Positions 60,897-64,000 of a stretch of 64,000 nucleotides of DNA are shown piece after piece (within the stretch, counting starts at the first letter, position 1; the number at the start of each line of letters is the position of its first letter). Where the stretch lies: NCBI RefSeq assembly GCF_002571385.2, contig NW_019217842.1, positions 586,605 through 650,604 of the forward strand, read 5' to 3'. The notes beneath the pieces were generated by a model. It was not told the DNA's origin. It saw only the letters and a program-made list of their open reading frames with translations, and made no database searches. The DNA is from Stylophora pistillata (lineage: Eukaryota). A program made the translations under genes and the position numbers.

Positions 60897-63277
60897 CTAT
60901 GTACAATCATCTGTTTTGATGAAAAAGCTATGTGATGCAAACTCTTTGTTTTCAGTCTTTTCAAGAACTTGTTCAGCCTCCTTTATGTCTGCATGAATGG
61001 CTTCTATCAGAGATTCTGAAACAGAAGTACAGCCATTAGTTCTTGTATCACAGAAGTTGATTGAGTGTGGTTAACTCTTGTCATGGAATGCAGCCTGAAT
61101 CTAGGCATTAACTGAACTTTAATGTCCACCTTTTAACTCTGGGATCTTTACTCCTCTTCTCTGACACCTAGTACATTTACTGATCATCATTAGCTTCTTT
61201 TCAAAATGAACCATCATTTGCTCTATTAAATTCTTCAACATTTACTGCAAAATTTCATTCAAACTCAAATAAAAAAATATACGTTATTATAAACATTTAG
61301 TATGTGCTGCCCAAGTGAATAGTGCTTTTTACCTGCACAGATAGAAACATTAACAAGTATGATGAAAAACTTCAATTGAATCAAAATACAAAGTTAAAAT
61401 AACATTTTCTAATGTTTTTATACAGCACCGCTACTAATTAACAATTGGTTCATACGTCTGCGTGCGTTCATCGAGAAGTTTGGAGAGCACGAAAGATGCG
61501 TAAGAGTTGCTCTCAGCTACACCTCAAGCAACTCTAGCTTCTTGAGTGCTCTTCCAAACTTCCCAAGGACTTCATGTCTTGATGAACGCACAGCTGATGT
61601 ATGAACCAATTGTTTTATAACATTTTCAACGTTTTAGTTTATGTATAAAGGGCAGAAATTCCCTCTCAATGCATTGTTTATTTTGTTTCGGAAAAGTATT
61701 TTGCCATGCTTCAATGATCTTGTCTCAGATTGGTCAAAAAGTGACACGTGAATTCATGCGTGGAAATGAAGTTGGAGTTCCAAAACAAGATGAAACTGTT
61801 GATTGTTTTGTTTTCCCTTTCCCTGCATTCTTTCTTGGGAGTTAAAAAATCCATTCCCAAAGAAAAAGTAGGTAAATCTTCATCAACTTGTTTGCTTGTT
61901 GCCATGTCTAGTTTAACTTTTTTGCAGAAGTTTTTCCCATTTTTTAAAGAAAATTGAAGCACGCTCAAGCTATTGAATTTGATTGCATGAATTTACAAGC
62001 TATGTTATAAAACTGTTTGTAGAATTCAATATGTGGGGGGGGGGAAATAAAACAGCCCAGCAAACAAGGTGCTGCAAACATCAACACAGGTGTCGAGTTT
62101 TGCCACCCAGATGTTTCATGAAATAAAGAACTCAAACAATCACAGCATACCCCTTGAAAAGAAAGAGTGTCATAACAACATGCTTGCCATCAAAAATGTG
62201 TAGCTCATGGTTAAGCTATGCTAATTTTTTTATTTCATTATAAAAATATCACATTTACCCTTCAATTTCATGATCTAAATGTACATATCAATTTTCCATG
62301 AGGTAAATTGTTAGATAAATACAATATTTCTCATATCACTACATGTCACTCTCAGAATTTGGTTTTAGCTCAAACAGTATCTCCTTATTAAATTTTACAT
62401 TTTTCTTTCTTGACATTGTCTTTCTGCTTGAAAATTGATTTCTGATTCCCCAAAATACATAAGCATATGGCATAAGAAATGAGAAATAAAAGAGGTGGTT
62501 AATACCAACCTAGTGAAGGATAGTTTCTTTCAGGTCGAATAAATCCTAGGATAACCACACTTAGCTCTGATCCATAGAAATCATCCTCAAAAGTATGAAT
62601 TATGTGAGTCTCCTGAAACCGAAAAAAAAAACAAAAACAAAAAAAAACCAAAATACACTATAAAGATGAAAATAAACAATTTTTAAAAATCGAGTTTCCA
62701 GATGGGATTTGAACCCACGACCCTCCGTGATCTAGTCGGATGCTCTAACCACTGAGCTACAGGAGACTCCTGTAGCTCAGTGGTTAGAGCATCCGACAAG
62801 ATCACGGCGGGTCGTGGGTTCAAATCCCATCTGGAAACTCGATTTTTAAAAATACACTATATCTTTGATTATATATTAAAAACATTTACTTAATATAACT
62901 TTCCATGGAAAATAAAGATAAGCTGATATAGAGAGGATATCAGGCAGATAAGGTTTGTTAATGTAAATAGCAAAAATATATTTTACAGAGGGACATTTCA
63001 AACTCCTTCAAACAGCTATTCATAATCAATCTCAACGAATTCTTTTCTCTTTTTGCTAAAAATCTCCCTCCAATGAATTTTCATAATCATTGCAGGTATT
63101 GCAGACATATAAAAGGAGTTCTTACCATTGACTTTTTGGTGTTGTTGTAAAATGGATTCCAGCCTATACTCATGACCATCTTGTACACAGGTCCTCTATC
63201 CACACTTGCCCAGCCATAGTATATTCCAGTACTAATTGTCTCTGGTAAATTATCCACTACACTTGTAGGGAAGTTTG
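60897..63277 (-). CDS. RFK: Riboflavin kinase, last three coding exons; first exon beyond the window end
   Basis: Exons 63277-63126, 62612-62510, 61015-60897: ANFP...GIYYGWA...KMVMSIGWNPFYNNTKKSM|ETHIIHTFEDDFYGSELSVVILGFIRPERNYPSL|ESLIEAIHADI...*. Confidence 0.97.
61440..61615. repeat. Palindromic non-autonomous repeat in an RFK intron
   Basis: aacaattggttcatacgtctgcgtgcgttcatc pairs with gatgaacgcacagctgatgtatgaaccaattgtt. Confidence 0.7.
62681..62851. repeat. Near-perfect 171-bp palindrome of two head-to-head tRNA-like units in an RFK intron
   Basis: 85-bp arms around the single base 62766, 2 mismatches. Each arm has A box TAGCTCAGTGG and B box GGTTCAAATCC. Confidence 0.85.
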
Positions 63278-64000
63278 CTACAAACAAAGAAAAGAAAAGT
63301 GTAAAATTATTTATTTAGATTGCTACATCATCTTGTGTGCAGGGGTATCTTGGGTCCAACAGTCTATGACTTTGAGATTCTCCGATTTCAATATACACAC
63401 GCCTACCGTGTGTACATACATTAATACCACTTTCGATATTCCTGGATGAGCTTGAATATAAGCAAATCATCAAAAAATTCATACTTTCAAAGAAAGAGCA
63501 TTGGTTTCTCATGGATGACCAGTTTCAATCAGGGTTTCATTAACGTTTTCAGCAGGAGGGCAACTAGTTTTCATAGGCAGGCAAATTACTTAATGAAATG
63601 ACTTCTTTATTCACAGAATCAATATATGGCATCCAATTTGAATTACCATTGTTTTGGACTCCCTAGCCTCGTTTTCATGTGGAAACACCAAAGGATTATC
63701 ACATGTGTGAGAGGCTAGTAAGTCCAGAACAATGACAATTCAAATTGGACGCCATATTTCAATTTGGTGTATATGATAAACTTTCCTCCAGCTCGTCAAA
63801 CCAGATGAACAAAACCATCCTCACACCAGTTAATTTACCCAGTGCCCAGCCCTTGATGAAAGCCTGTACAATCCTTAATTGTACAGATAAAATAAAGGAA
63901 GAATACTCCTAATGGCTTCAAGCAGAAAAAGGGTGATAAGATAAAGCTGTTTAGTGTTATTTCTCATTTTCAACTGAGATCTTTGTTTTACAGTTGCTTT

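Noticed and set aside
62767-62840. Functional tRNA gene
   Set aside because: A and B boxes are present, but the acceptor and anticodon stems do not pair properly and the unit is half of a palindromic repeat. The same applies to 8081-8139, 30177-30250 and 59250-59320.

Overview
AT-rich, intron-containing animal DNA. The repeat repertoire (Penelope-type hammerhead repeats, Kolobok-like TTAA elements, tRNA-derived SINE/foldback repeats) suggests a cnidarian, probably a stony coral; this is an inference. Gene models were spliced by hand using GT-AG sites and frame continuity. The window holds: a cluster of four CD225/dispanin (IFITM/PRRT1-like) genes (last exon only at 2878-3018; complete at 5873-8501 +, 16604-19045 -, 30846-32189 +); a DUF1757-like membrane protein gene (10797-12141 -); SMU1 (37074-43772 -, 12 exons, 513 aa) head-to-head with a MIF4G-domain gene (44155-45858 +); two tail-to-tail MS4A/CD20-like 4-TM paralogues (48165-52556 +, 54431-57632 -), the second with a tail of 41-aa repeats; and the 3' part of riboflavin kinase (60897-63277 -). 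Introns and intergenic DNA contain three Kolobok-like DNA transposon relics, a MULE-like element, L2/CR1 and RTE LINE fragments, Penelope-like repeats with minimal hammerhead ribozymes, SINEs and many MITEs. The best lead is a putative inducible membrane-defence locus: IFITM-like paralogues that differ at the GxxxG motif, carry PPxY motifs, and have STAT/IRF/NF-kB/HSE/CRE-like motifs upstream of their predicted first exons. Assembly gaps are at 1557-1594, 3858-4539 and 6938-7005.
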